47,401 nt of DNA from Opitutia bacterium (GTDB lineage Bacteria > Verrucomicrobiota > Verrucomicrobiia > Opitutales > T3Sed10-336): NCBI GenBank assembly GCA_050506795.1, contig JBJHCF010000012.1, forward strand, positions 1-47,401, in the 5' to 3' direction. Positions 38,587-47,401 of this stretch are shown here, piece after piece; the stretch's first letter is position 1; every line of letters begins with the position of its first letter. Below the pieces are notes generated by a model. It had not been told where the DNA came from. It did not search any database and worked only from the letters and a program-made list of their open reading frames with translations. The position numbers were made by a program, and so were the translations under genes.

Positions 38587-41500
38587 CCGACGGCGGTTTC
38601 GAGCGCATCACGGCGCGCTTCCTCGTATTCGGTGACCGTCATGTTGCGGATCGCGGAGACATCGCCTCGGCGCGTGACGATGTGGTAGCGCTCGACGTAC
38701 TTTTGGACCAGGTGGATCTTGGAGTCGAGCGGCTGCACGATGATGAGTTGGAGGTGGAATTCCTTGAAGAGTTCGAGCAGGTAGGTCGAAAACTCGTCGT
38801 CGGTCTTGCTGAACATTTCGTCCACGACCACAAGCCGGAAGGTGTCGGACTGGCGGTTGTCCACCGAAATGCCGTACTGGTAGGCGATGGCGGTGGCGAG
38901 AATTGTCGAAGCGAGGCGGTTCTTTTCGCCGCCCGATTTCCCGGAGGAGCCGGAGTAGCTCTGGCGCAACTCTCCGCTGGAGCGGAAGAACTCGTCGGCC
39001 CGGAACTCGAACCAGTTGCGGACATCGATCACTCGCCGGGTCCAAGCCTCGTCCTTTTCGAGTTCGCGCAGGAGGTGTTCGATGCGCTGGTAGCGTTCGC
39101 GGAGTTCGTCCCGGTCGTTGCCCGCGTTCAACGAGCCCTCCAGTGCGTGGCGCCGCAGGTCGCGGAAGCGGCGCTGATGTTCGTCGCTGGTGCGTGTCGG
39201 CGCCAGCGCGATGAAGGTGTCGACGGTGCGGTCGTAGGCGATTTCGCGGAGTTGCTCGTTGAGTTCGCCTATGCGGCGCTGAATCCGCTGGGCTTGCTGG
39301 TCGAGGAGCCCGTCGAAATTCGCCACTTCTTCGACGACGTTGTTGTGGAGCAGCGATTCGAAGCGGGTCCGGTTCTTCGGAAGGTCTTCCTCCATGATGT
39401 GTCCCCGCAGCCGGCCAAAGGGCTCGTAGAGGTCGTCGTTGTAGCCGGGAACGTCGAGTCCTTCGGTGACGAGTTCGTCGCGCCGGGAAAGGTTTTCCGG
39501 CGAATCGGCGAAGTGCTGCATCCGCCGTTTGATTTTTTCGGAAAGTTCGTAGAGGCGATTGTTGGTCTGCGTCCGTTTCTTCGAGACTTCGCCGCCGACT
39601 TGTTCGCGGGCTTCATCGACCCGGTCCAGGTCTTTGAGTGGAAATGCCAGGAGTTCGGTTAGGGCACCGAATAATCGGTCCCGCAGACCGAGACCGTCCG
39701 TGCCGGTTTCCGCGTCCGCCGCCTCCGATGCGACGACGATCGTGCGGCAGGCCTCGAGGCGCTGATTGTTCCGGTTGCGGCGATCGTCGACGCCGCGCAG
39801 TTCGCCAACCGCATTTTCGAATTGTTTCTTGCACGCCTCCCGCTTTTTGACGGCGCCTGCCCTTTGTTGCCTCAGGGTCTGAAGCGCGTTCGAACTTTTT
39901 TCGAGTTCCTTGGCTTCGCGGCGCAGGGTTTCCATTTGCAGGGAAACCGATTCCCATTCGATCTCTTTCCACGTCGCGGCAATGTCGCCAAGGCGTTCCG
40001 CTGCTTTCAGACGATTCCGGATAGCGGTCTCCCGGGTTTTGATGTCGTCGATCTCGCGTTCGAGATTGCGGCCGCTGGCGATCCTTTCCTGCAACCGCTC
40101 CTTCAGGGCTTCGATTTTGGCGCGGTTGTCCCAGCCGAGTACATGGCGCGACCGGTCCTCGAGGGCGTGACGGTCGTCCTTGCGCCGTTCGCTGCCGCGC
40201 TGCTTGATCAGGCCGTTGATGGTGAGGGCGGATTCGGCGGTATGAAATTCCTCGCCGGCCTCCTCGAGGCAGGTATGGGCGAAGCGCCGGTTGAGCTCGC
40301 GTTCGATCCAGGGCCGGAAACGTTCGGCGTCCGGTTTGATTTCCAGTTTGGCGGCGACCGTGTTTGCGAGCGGGGCGGACGCGGGCGCCTTCACGTCCGC
40401 GGGGACCGGGTAATATACGACGAGCCATTTCTGGCGGTGGGCATGGACGAACGCATCCACTTTTGAGCGCAGTTCCTCGGGGACGAGGAGGCAGAGCCCG
40501 AAGTTGCGCAAGAGGCGTTCGATGGCTCCGGTCCAGCGGCTTTCCTGTTCGCGGACTTGCAGCAATTCGCCGGCAAAGGGGATCGCGGATTCTTCGACGC
40601 CGAGCGATTGTGCGATGAACGAACGGGCGTTCGCGTTCTCGCTCGGAATGTTGGTGCGGCGGTCTAGGAGATAACGGATTTCGCCGTTGAGCTTCTCCTC
40701 GTCGGCGCGTTGCTGTTGACGTTCGGCGTCGCGTTGGGCGCGGGTCGAGGAGAGCCGTTCGGCCTCCTGTTCGAGCTTCGGCCTTTGCCGGTCGATTTCG
40801 GCGACGAGCGTGGAGAACGCGTTTTCGCCGTCGAGGGCGAGTCCCGGCTGCCAATCCCGCAGGCGTGCATCGTAGCGTTCGCGCCGTTCGCGCCGCTCCT
40901 TGAGTTCCGGTTCGAGGTGCTTCAGTTCCTCGTCGATCTTCTGGAGGCGCTTGCCCTCGGAGGTGTCCTCGATCGCTTTGTCGAGCGAGGCTATCTCTCC
41001 CGACAGGCGCTCCTGTTCGTTTTCGGCGATCTCCTTGTCCGCCCGGTGTTTCGCGTGGGCGGCATCGAGACGCTCGACCTCCCGCTCGCGCAGGACGATT
41101 TCCTTTTCGGCGAAAAACAGGGGCAGTGCTTCGTTGCAGGCATTCCAGTGATCGCGCTGCTGCCGCACCGCGAGGATCTCCTCATGTTCGCGGTGGATTT
41201 CGTTCAACGCTTCGAGCTGCCGGGTGGCGGTTTCGATGCGTTCGTAGGTGAGACGAAGCTCGTCGAAATTTCTCCTGAGGCTGTCGAGTTTTTCGGCGGC
41301 GCCGCCGTCGTCGAGCATGTAATCCCGGATGAACTGCGTGAGGTTGGTGATATCCTTGATGCAGACCGCCTGGTTGAAGATGTCCATCGGACTCTTCCCG
41401 CGCGGAAGAAAAAGCATATCGTGAAAACGCTGGGAGTAGGCGGAAAACGTGTCGATCGGCTCGAGGCCGCGCTCGCGGAGATTGCGTCGGATTTCGGAGG

Positions 41501-42017
41501 GGCCGCCGAGATGATTGAAGTCGCCCTCGACGGTCAGTTTGCGCTTTTCAACGAGGTAGGCGCGCTCGACGCGGCCCGAGGAGCCGACCCAAAGCACCTG
41601 CGCCAGCGACACGTGTGATTGGAACGTTTCGTTGTGGAAGTGGGCCAACAAAACGGTGTAGGTCTCTCCGGGTTTGCGCAGGTAGAGACGCCGGCCGCGG
41701 CCGATGTCGTCGTCATGCCGTTCCGAATACGCTCCGAGCACGTAGTCTTTTTCGCTTCGCTCCTTGCGCGCTCCCGCCTGGTTCGAGGCAATGTTGTAAT
41801 TGCGCCTGCGGCCTTCCACCAGGAGGGTGAGAAGCGCGTCCGCCAGGGTCGATTTCCCACTGCCGTTGGCGCCGGTGAGAATGGCGGTGCGACCGCCTGG
41901 CAGGAAGCTCTGCACTCGCTCGTGGAAGGTGCCCCAGTTGAAAACCGAACACGCGTGCAGCCGGAACCCGGCGGTCGAGCGGTCGGGGGCGAATTCAAGC
42001 ATCTGCTGGCTGTCCAT
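38583..42017 (-). CDS. jetC: Wadjet JetC (SMC/MukB-like ATPase)
   Basis: FNWGTF, Walker A GANGSGKS, coiled coils with hinge (PFAGELL), SGGEK, Walker B VVVDE. Confidence 0.92.
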   Translation of the reverse strand: MDSQQMLEFAPDRSTAGFRLHACSVFNWGTFHERVQSFLPGGRTAILTGANGSGKSTLADALLTLLVEGRRRNYNIASNQAGARKERSEKDYVLGAYSERHDDDIGRGRRLYLRKPGETYTVLLAHFHNETFQSHVSLAQVLWVGSSGRVERAYLVEKRKLTVEGDFNHLGGPSEIRRNLRERGLEPIDTFSAYSQRFHDMLFLPRGKSPMDIFNQAVCIKDITNLTQFIRDYMLDDGGAAEKLDSLRRNFDELRLTYERIETATRQLEALNEIHREHEEILAVRQQRDHWNACNEALPLFFAEKEIVLREREVERLDAAHAKHRADKEIAENEQERLSGEIASLDKAIEDTSEGKRLQKIDEELKHLEPELKERRERRERYDARLRDWQPGLALDGENAFSTLVAEIDRQRPKLEQEAERLSSTRAQRDAERQQQRADEEKLNGEIRYLLDRRTNIPSENANARSFIAQSLGVEESAIPFAGELLQVREQESRWTGAIERLLRNFGLCLLVPEELRSKVDAFVHAHRQKWLVVYYPVPADVKAPASAPLANTVAAKLEIKPDAERFRPWIERELNRRFAHTCLEEAGEEFHTAESALTINGLIKQRGSERRKDDRHALEDRSRHVLGWDNRAKIEALKERLQERIASGRNLEREIDDIKTRETAIRNRLKAAERLGDIAATWKEIEWESVSLQMETLRREAKELEKSSNALQTLRQQRAGAVKKREACKKQFENAVGELRGVDDRRNRNNQRLEACRTIVVASEAADAETGTDGLGLRDRLFGALTELLAFPLKDLDRVDEAREQVGGEVSKKRTQTNNRLYELSEKIKRRMQHFADSPENLSRRDELVTEGLDVPGYNDDLYEPFGRLRGHIMEEDLPKNRTRFESLLHNNVVEEVANFDGLLDQQAQRIQRRIGELNEQLREIAYDRTVDTFIALAPTRTSDEHQRRFRDLRRHALEGSLNAGNDRDELRERYQRIEHLLRELEKDEAWTRRVIDVRNWFEFRADEFFRSSGELRQSYSGSSGKSGGEKNRLASTILATAIAYQYGISVDNRQSDTFRLVVVDEMFSKTDDEFSTYLLELFKEFHLQLIIVQPLDSKIHLVQKYVERYHIVTRRGDVSAIRNMTVTEYEEARRDALETAVG

Positions 42018-42648
42018 TGCCGTTCTCCTCCTCCGCGATTTTTTCGTTCTCCTGTTGTTCGTCCTCTCCCACGTGCGTGCGCAGACGATCCCGTATTTCC
42101 CGGATTTCTTCCACCGGGAGCTTTGCTCGCAGGATCGGTTCGACGCGATAGATGTCCTCGGATCGATTCTTCAATCTGCGAAGCACGCCGAGGTCCACCA
42201 GACGGGAAATCGTCCGTACCATGCGATCCTCGACCTTTTTCTCGTTGGTCGCATCGGGAAAATACGGGCGTTGCAGATCGAGCAACTGATTCTGGTCGAG
42301 GTGCAGGTACTCTTCGCCATCGGCCGACTGGTCGTGCTGAATAAGGCGTTCCCGCAACAGCACCAGCAGGAGCGTCTGATGGTAACTCAACGGAGTGCGG
42401 CGCATCAAGCGCGGTAGCGGGGCTTCGTTATTTTCAGGATCCGCGGCCTCTTCGGTTTCTTCGGCCTGGCGCAGGAAGGCGTACCCGCCCTCTTCGTCCA
42501 TGGTGACCTCGAGTCCCATCCGCTGGAAATGATCCCGAACCGTATCGGTTTCCGTCCGCAAAATCCGCCACAAGTCGGTATCCGAGCTGTAAAGCGGGCC
42601 GCCGATCAGGCGGACGATGACGTGGCGCGCACTCAGTCTTTCGTTCAT
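41995..42648 (-). CDS. jetB: Wadjet JetB (DUF4194)
   Basis: 'DEEGGYAFLRQ...LPRLMRRTPLSY..TLLLVLLRE'. Confidence 0.88.
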   Translation of the reverse strand: MNERLSARHVIVRLIGGPLYSSDTDLWRILRTETDTVRDHFQRMGLEVTMDEEGGYAFLRQAEETEEAADPENNEAPLPRLMRRTPLSYHQTLLLVLLRERLIQHDQSADGEEYLHLDQNQLLDLQRPYFPDATNEKKVEDRMVRTISRLVDLGVLRRLKNRSEDIYRVEPILRAKLPVEEIREIRDRLRTHVGEDEQQENEKIAEEENGNGQPADA

Positions 42649-44087
42649 TGGCGGTGGAAAATAATCAGGTCGAGTTCCGCGTAGCGCGGTTGGAACGGGC
42701 GCGCGAGGTCGAAACGTTCCCGCTCGGATTCGTTGATGAGGCTGCCGTCCCGTTCCGCGGCGACGGCGAGGTAGCAGAGGAGGTCGATGGCCCCGTCGGC
42801 GAGGGGATGCTTGTCGACGACTTCCCGGAGGCTGACCTGCGGGCGGCCGGCAAGCAACTCATCGACGCGCCGGCGGAACCGGGGCAGATCGAGGGGCTTG
42901 CCGATCCGCCTGAGGGCTTCGTGAATATCGTTTTCCGCGCCTTCGTCACCGGTCTCGATGTCCTGGAAGCGTCCGCCGGCGGGCGGTTCCCAGAAACCGG
43001 CCTCCATCAGGTTGTTGAGTCGTGGGTTGTCCTCCCATTTGAGCAGCGGCTCCTCCGGCGGCGTCTCGCGGCAGCCGTACGCGAGCGAACGGAGGTCTCC
43101 GAGCAATCCCATGAGGTAGCGGGTTTCACGCAGGGACTGCTCCTCCACGATGCGGCGAAGCTGTCCGGAGATGCGGCGGTAGGCATCTTGTACGACCGTC
43201 ACTTCGTTGAGCAACCGGGGCAGCAGCCCGTTGAAAGCGCGAGTGTCGAGACCGTGCTCGCGGGCGAGGCCGACCGCCTTTTCGAGCAGATGTCCGAGTT
43301 CCTCGCGGCTCTCGACCGAGCGAATAAGGTGCCGGAACCCGAAATAGCTGCGCCCCTGGTCGCGGTTTCGCAGGGCGGCGTCTGCGTCGAGTGCGTGGGC
43401 GACGAGATCGCCCTTCGAGGTGCCGCGTTCGACGTAGAGGGCATGGATCTCGCGAGCCTGTTCCTTGAAATTGTCCTCGATTTCACGGAAATCCGCGAGA
43501 AACGAGTTCACCATTTCCTCGAGGTCGTGGAGCGTGTCTTTGACTTGCTGCTCGTCCAGCGTCGGCGCCACACCGGCCTGGCGGATTTGGCGGATCTCCT
43601 CGTCGATTTCGTCCCGGCGGGCCAGCAATTCGCGCACCCGGACATCGGGGTCGGCGTTGGTGTCGCGCTGCAGACGCCGCATTTCCATGATGATTCTGGA
43701 GAAACGCGATTCGGAGGTCGTGTAACCCCGCTTTTCTCCCAGCCGCAAATCCTCGACCCATCCGAGCGCCTTCTCACTGTGGCGGGTGAGCTGGTACACC
43801 CAGCAACTGTCGTCCTCGGAGAACGTCTTTTTCAGGTAACGGCAGTCCTCGCCGCTCCAAAGGTCGAGGTACCGGCGGGCGTCCTGGCGCGGGGCGTCCG
43901 GATTCTCTCGGCGCAGGCTTTCGAGGCGCGCGTGGAGCGTTTCTTCGAGATCCTCCTCGGGAATTCTCGCAACCCCCCGGTCCTTGAAAACCTCCTGAAA
44001 AAAACCAAGCACGAAGGCCGCCTGTTCGCTGCGCAGGAGTTTCAGAGTCGGCGAGCGGTCAAAAAGGATGTCGTAAAGGCCGGACAT
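42645..44087 (-). CDS. jetA: Wadjet JetA (DUF3375)
   Basis: 'PTLKLLRS', 'SESRF', 'DFREIEDNF', 'DQGRSYFGF' motifs; operon order A-B-C-D with overlaps. Confidence 0.88.
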   Translation of the reverse strand: MSGLYDILFDRSPTLKLLRSEQAAFVLGFFQEVFKDRGVARIPEEDLEETLHARLESLRRENPDAPRQDARRYLDLWSGEDCRYLKKTFSEDDSCWVYQLTRHSEKALGWVEDLRLGEKRGYTTSESRFSRIIMEMRRLQRDTNADPDVRVRELLARRDEIDEEIRQIRQAGVAPTLDEQQVKDTLHDLEEMVNSFLADFREIEDNFKEQAREIHALYVERGTSKGDLVAHALDADAALRNRDQGRSYFGFRHLIRSVESREELGHLLEKAVGLAREHGLDTRAFNGLLPRLLNEVTVVQDAYRRISGQLRRIVEEQSLRETRYLMGLLGDLRSLAYGCRETPPEEPLLKWEDNPRLNNLMEAGFWEPPAGGRFQDIETGDEGAENDIHEALRRIGKPLDLPRFRRRVDELLAGRPQVSLREVVDKHPLADGAIDLLCYLAVAAERDGSLINESERERFDLARPFQPRYAELDLIIFHRQ

Positions 44088-44266
44088 GGATCCAAGGAAG
44101 GGATTACCGTACCGCACCCGTCTCCGGAATGGCAAAATGGATTTTGCGGAGAAGCGGGAAAACCGGGGCTCGCTTCGTCGAACTGCGCTTCTCACCGTCC
44201 CGGTCCCCCGTTTTTTCGGAGCAATGCTGCGGTCCTGCCGGGTCGTAGCGCGCCAGCGGAACGCGG

Positions 44267-44356
44267 CCAAGCGAACAATCCGGGCAAGCCGGGACTCTAC
44301 CACCGAGCGGAGCGAGATTTGAAGGTGGGGGTGATTGTGGGTTAAGGAGGCTGCCC
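44267..44356 (-). repeat. orphan degenerate unit of the tRNA-Asn-derived array
   Basis: ...gccgggactctaccaccgagcggagcgagatttgaaggtgggggtgattgtgggttaaggaggctgccc matches units from 46501 onward. Confidence 0.9.
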
Positions 44357-44435
44357 ATTCTGTCCTTAATCGCGAACCTGATCGAAGTTTCGGGAATTGG
44401 TTAACCCCCATCCGAACGGCCCGGAAACAAAGTAA

Positions 44436-44575
44436 AATCTTGTCCGGCCGACTTTAGCTTGGCACCGGTGTGATCGAAATCGCCGGATCGATCCCGCCAT
44501 GACCGGTGAGCTTCGGGGTAAAGAGGCCTGCACGATTTCGATCATTTCGATCACCCGCCTTGCTCAAACTGAAAG
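44436..44575. repeat. dispersed repeat A, copy 3
   Basis: aatcttgtccggccgacttta...ccggtgtgatcgaaat...cacgatttcgatca...gaaag. Confidence 0.85.
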
Positions 44576-44633
44576 GCAGTTGTTGCTCGGTCATTCTGCT
44601 GGACATGCATCCAGACCGAAAAGCCATCGGGTG

Positions 44634-45131
44634 CTACCGATCTCGAATCAATTCTCGGGCGTGCCGGACGAGGGCATCGCCGATCCAGATACCGTTTGCT
44701 TTCATGCGGTCGATTGATTCTTCAAAGTCGATCGGGGTGCCCTTTCGGATCGCGGCAACGAGAATTCCGAGCGAACCTGTGACGCTCAACTGGCACATCC
44801 TGGCAACGTGGCGCCCGGCGGCTTCATCAATACAGACGGTTGAAATACCGCGGTCCAATGCCGTCTGGATCACCGCCGCCTCTCCCGGATCAAGCGTTGC
44901 CTGCAGGTAGGGGGCCGTTTGGGTCGGAGTCGATAGTTTTGTGATGAAGGTGTCCATCGTGAAAGCCTCCACACCGAATCCGGAAGGGCCGCCTACCTCC
45001 ACCTCGCGGCTGACTTCGAGAGGAACGATCGCGTTTGAAAAGCACACCTTTAATGGAGCCAGGCTTTCGGTCGCCGCGATGAGGGCGAGAACCGAACTGG
45101 TATCGATAACGATGGTGTTTTTATCCGGCAT
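44634..45131 (-). CDS. DUF3368 PIN-like protein
   Basis: IVIDTSS, IVP.EV..E, LDPGEAAVI, IDEAAGR, TGSLGIL. Confidence 0.85.
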   Translation of the reverse strand: MPDKNTIVIDTSSVLALIAATESLAPLKVCFSNAIVPLEVSREVEVGGPSGFGVEAFTMDTFITKLSTPTQTAPYLQATLDPGEAAVIQTALDRGISTVCIDEAAGRHVARMCQLSVTGSLGILVAAIRKGTPIDFEESIDRMKANGIWIGDALVRHARELIRDR

Positions 45132-45378
45132 TCCGGATGTCGGATTCGAGTTCCTCGGCGGGATAATCGATTACCGCCACACCCATCCTGTGGAGGGAAA
45201 GGAGAAATTCCTTACGAGGCATTGGCACCAGGGCGGCGGCCTGCCCCGAGGACAGGCGTTTCATTTCATAGAGCTTCGCGGCCATTGCCAGCCGCGCCTC
45301 CGACTCGAACTGTTCGGAAGTTTCCTTTAGGCTGTCTGGCAGAAATTCCGGATATTCGACAGTGAAACTCTTAGGCAT
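45121..45378 (-). CDS. UPF0175-family protein (antitoxin partner)
   Basis: 'A.KLYEMKRLSSGQAAAL..M.R.EFL..L..MGV'; leaderless-type promoter TTGACG-17-CAGAAT upstream. Confidence 0.85.
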   Translation of the reverse strand: MPKSFTVEYPEFLPDSLKETSEQFESEARLAMAAKLYEMKRLSSGQAAALVPMPRKEFLLSLHRMGVAVIDYPAEELESDIRNAG

Positions 45379-45558
45379 GGGTAAAATTCTGGGGTATTTT
45401 CGGCGTTTCGTCAACAGACGTCCGATGGTCCGTTCGGCGGAACACCTGGCCGGATCTATAATTTTCTGGGTAAGGCGCACATTATCGCATAGATATTAGG
45501 GAATACCACCAAAGGCCGGGTGTTTACCCGGTGACGTCAGCTGGAAACTGAACACGCT

Positions 45559-46041
45559 ATGTTGAACTTTGCCTATGGCTCAAATATGTCGGTCCGTCGG
45601 ATCCAGGCCCGCGTTCCGGGTGCGCGATTAATCGGGACGGCTCGCCTCGTCGGCTACCGACTGACCTGGCATAAGAGAAGCCGGGACGGTTCAGGCAAGT
45701 GCAACATCGTGCCGGCCGAGGGTTCCGTGGTTCATGGTGTGCTTTATGAGATTCAGGAATCGGAGAAGCCGGCCCTGGATAAGGCTGAGGGCCTTGGGCA
45801 TGGCTATGAAGAGCAAACGGTCGGAGTCGAAACCGCCGGCGAAGCACGGGATGCCCTGACGTACGTCGCCACTGACATAGCGGAGGGCCTTCGACCGTAC
45901 ACCTGGTACAAGGCTCTCGTTGTGGCCGGCGCCAGGGAGCACGATCTCCCGCCGGACTATGTTGCTGCCTTGGAGGCCTGCGAAGCTACCGAGGATCCAA
46001 ACCGGACCCGGCATCGGAAAAACATGGAGATACTCGCATAA
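45559..46041 (+). CDS. gamma-glutamylcyclotransferase (AIG2-like), copy 2
   Basis: Near-identical paralogue of 26492-26980. Confidence 0.88.
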   Translation: MLNFAYGSNMSVRRIQARVPGARLIGTARLVGYRLTWHKRSRDGSGKCNIVPAEGSVVHGVLYEIQESEKPALDKAEGLGHGYEEQTVGVETAGEARDALTYVATDIAEGLRPYTWYKALVVAGAREHDLPPDYVAALEACEATEDPNRTRHRKNMEILA

Positions 46042-46078
46042 CGGATTTGTCGGCTACCAGGATTCACCCGGGATCGCG

Positions 46079-46159
46079 GCACCACGAGAATCCCGTCGTC
46101 ACCGCGTAACGCGGACCACTTTTCCCGAATCCCCGGGTTGCCGATCCAGAGCAACTGAA
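46079..46159 (+). repeat. degenerate copy of vapC 3' end
   Basis: gcaccacgagaatcccgtcgt..cgtaacgcggaccacttt...gatccag matches 26406-26484. Confidence 0.8.
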
Positions 46160-46181
46160 TACGGGATACGGTGTTTTAACT

Positions 46182-46451
46182 TCACGAGAACGATTTACCG
46201 CGAAGAAGGCGCTCACGAATCAGGCGGGCTGATTTCCAGGATTTGATCTCGCGTTCGCGCAGCGTGGCGCTGGAGCGGGAGGTGTGAGACTCGGACCAGA
46301 CGAGCGACCAGGGGCCGTTTTTGTGAGTGAATTTGCCGAGATGTTCCTTGCCGGCCGGATCGTTGTGCTCGCGAAGGCGGCGATCGAGGTCGTCGGTGTG
46401 GCCGATGTAAAGTTGCCCCCTGGGGTTTTTGAGGATATAGACGTGAAACAT
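46182..46451 (-). CDS. stand-alone GIY-YIG nuclease (89 aa)
   Basis: VYIL...LYIGHT...RRL.EHN...FT...GPW.LV...A..REREIK motifs. Confidence 0.9.
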   Translation of the reverse strand: MFHVYILKNPRGQLYIGHTDDLDRRLREHNDPAGKEHLGKFTHKNGPWSLVWSESHTSRSSATLREREIKSWKSARLIRERLLRGKSFS

Positions 46452-46472
46452 GGGGGGTAAAAAGTGAGGTGG

Positions 46473-47030
46473 CGGGTAGTCCCGCGCCTGCGGGATACGA
46501 CCAAGTGATTAATCCCGGCGCGCCGGGACTCTACCACTGAGCGGAGCGAGAATTGAAGGTGGGGGTGATTGTGGGTTAAGGAGGCTGCCCGGGTAGGATT
46601 CGAACCTACGACCAAGTGATTAATCCCGGCACGCCGGGACTCTACCACTGAGCGGAACGAGAATTGAGGTTGGGGGTGATTGTGGGTTAAGGAGGCTGCC
46701 CGGGTAGGATTCGAACCTACGACCAAGTGATTAATCCCGGCAAGCCGCGACTCTACCACTGAGCGGAGCGAGAATTGAAGGTGGGGGTGATTGTAGGTTA
46801 TAAAGGCTGCCCGGGTAGGATTCGAACCTACGACCAAGTGATTAATCCCGGCGGGCCGGGACTCTACCACTGAGCGTAGCGAGATTTGAAGATGGGGGCG
46901 TATCATGGGGGGTTAAAGGCTGCCCGGGTAGGATTCGAACCTACGACCAAGTGATTAATCCCGGCACGCCGGGACTCTACCACTGAGCGGAGCGAGAATT
47001 GAAGGTGGGGGCGTATCATGGGGGGTTAAA
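46473..47030 (-). repeat. tandem array of 5 tRNA-Asn 3'-part copies (111-113 bp period) carrying a 16-bp palindrome
   Basis: Unit starts at 46583, 46694, 46805, 46918, plus a degenerate unit at about 46473; D-arm to acceptor 3' strand retained. Confidence 0.92.
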
Positions 47031-47032
47031 GG

Positions 47033-47104
<72 letters not shown>

Positions 47105-47401
47105 TCGGTAGAAAGAACGTAAAAAGAACAGAAATTCGCCGAAAGACCAAGTGATTAATCCCGGCAGGCCGGGACTCTACCACTGAGCTACCGGGCAAAA
47201 GGTAGCGAATAACGCTGACGAAAAAGAACAGAAAATTGCCGAAAGACCAAGTGATTAATCCCGGCAGGCCGGGACTCTACCACTGAGCTACCGGGCATCG
47301 GTAGAAAGAACGTAAAAAGAACAGAAATTCGCCGAAAGACCAAGTGATTAATCCCGGCAGGCCGGGACTCTACCACTGAGCTACCGGGCAAAAGGTAGCG
47401 A
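47105..47401 (-). repeat. tandem array of at least 3 tRNA-Asn 5'-part copies (93/100/93 bp) carrying the same palindrome; runs off the window
   Basis: Units end at 47197, 47297, 47390; two alternating spacers. Confidence 0.92.

Noticed and set aside
2138..44345. Long antisense ORFs (e.g. 2783-4042, 15160-16890, 29952-31466, 37417-38688, 42648-44345)
   Set aside because: Shadow frames of well-supported genes in high-GC DNA.
44088..44411. N-terminal extension of jetA in the ORF track
   Set aside because: It reads through the orphan repeat; the likely start is ATG at 44087.

Overview
GC-rich bacterial window; the protein families suggest Verrucomicrobiota/Opitutae, possibly haloalkaliphilic (inference). 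Left part: a DUF4405 gene and a secreted protein with a shared TGTAAGAW-N11-CGGGART upstream motif, a type III restriction-modification operon with a small putative controller, and a TolC/MFP/RND efflux operon. Next is a copper-uptake and nitrosative-stress cluster preceded by FNR-type boxes (CxxC leader protein, OprC/NosA-like TonB receptor, ric, Rrf2, hemerythrin, DGC, nnrS, DUF2249). From about 24.4 kb to the end is an accessory/defence mosaic: three TA-like modules, two near-identical GGCT genes, dispersed repeats, an Hsp70-like pseudogene, a large acidic secreted protein, a candidate sORF plus structured RNA, and a complete Wadjet (jetABCD). It ends at tRNA-Asn(GTT). The most striking feature is that this tRNA sits inside a tandem array of at least 8 partial copies of itself. 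In each copy 10 bp of the tRNA is replaced by a 16-bp palindrome (TCCCG-N6-CGGGA). The array runs directly into a co-oriented small GIY-YIG nuclease gene, and an orphan unit lies upstream of jetA. This is the best candidate for an undescribed system. Family assignments come from motif recognition by eye; no searches were run.
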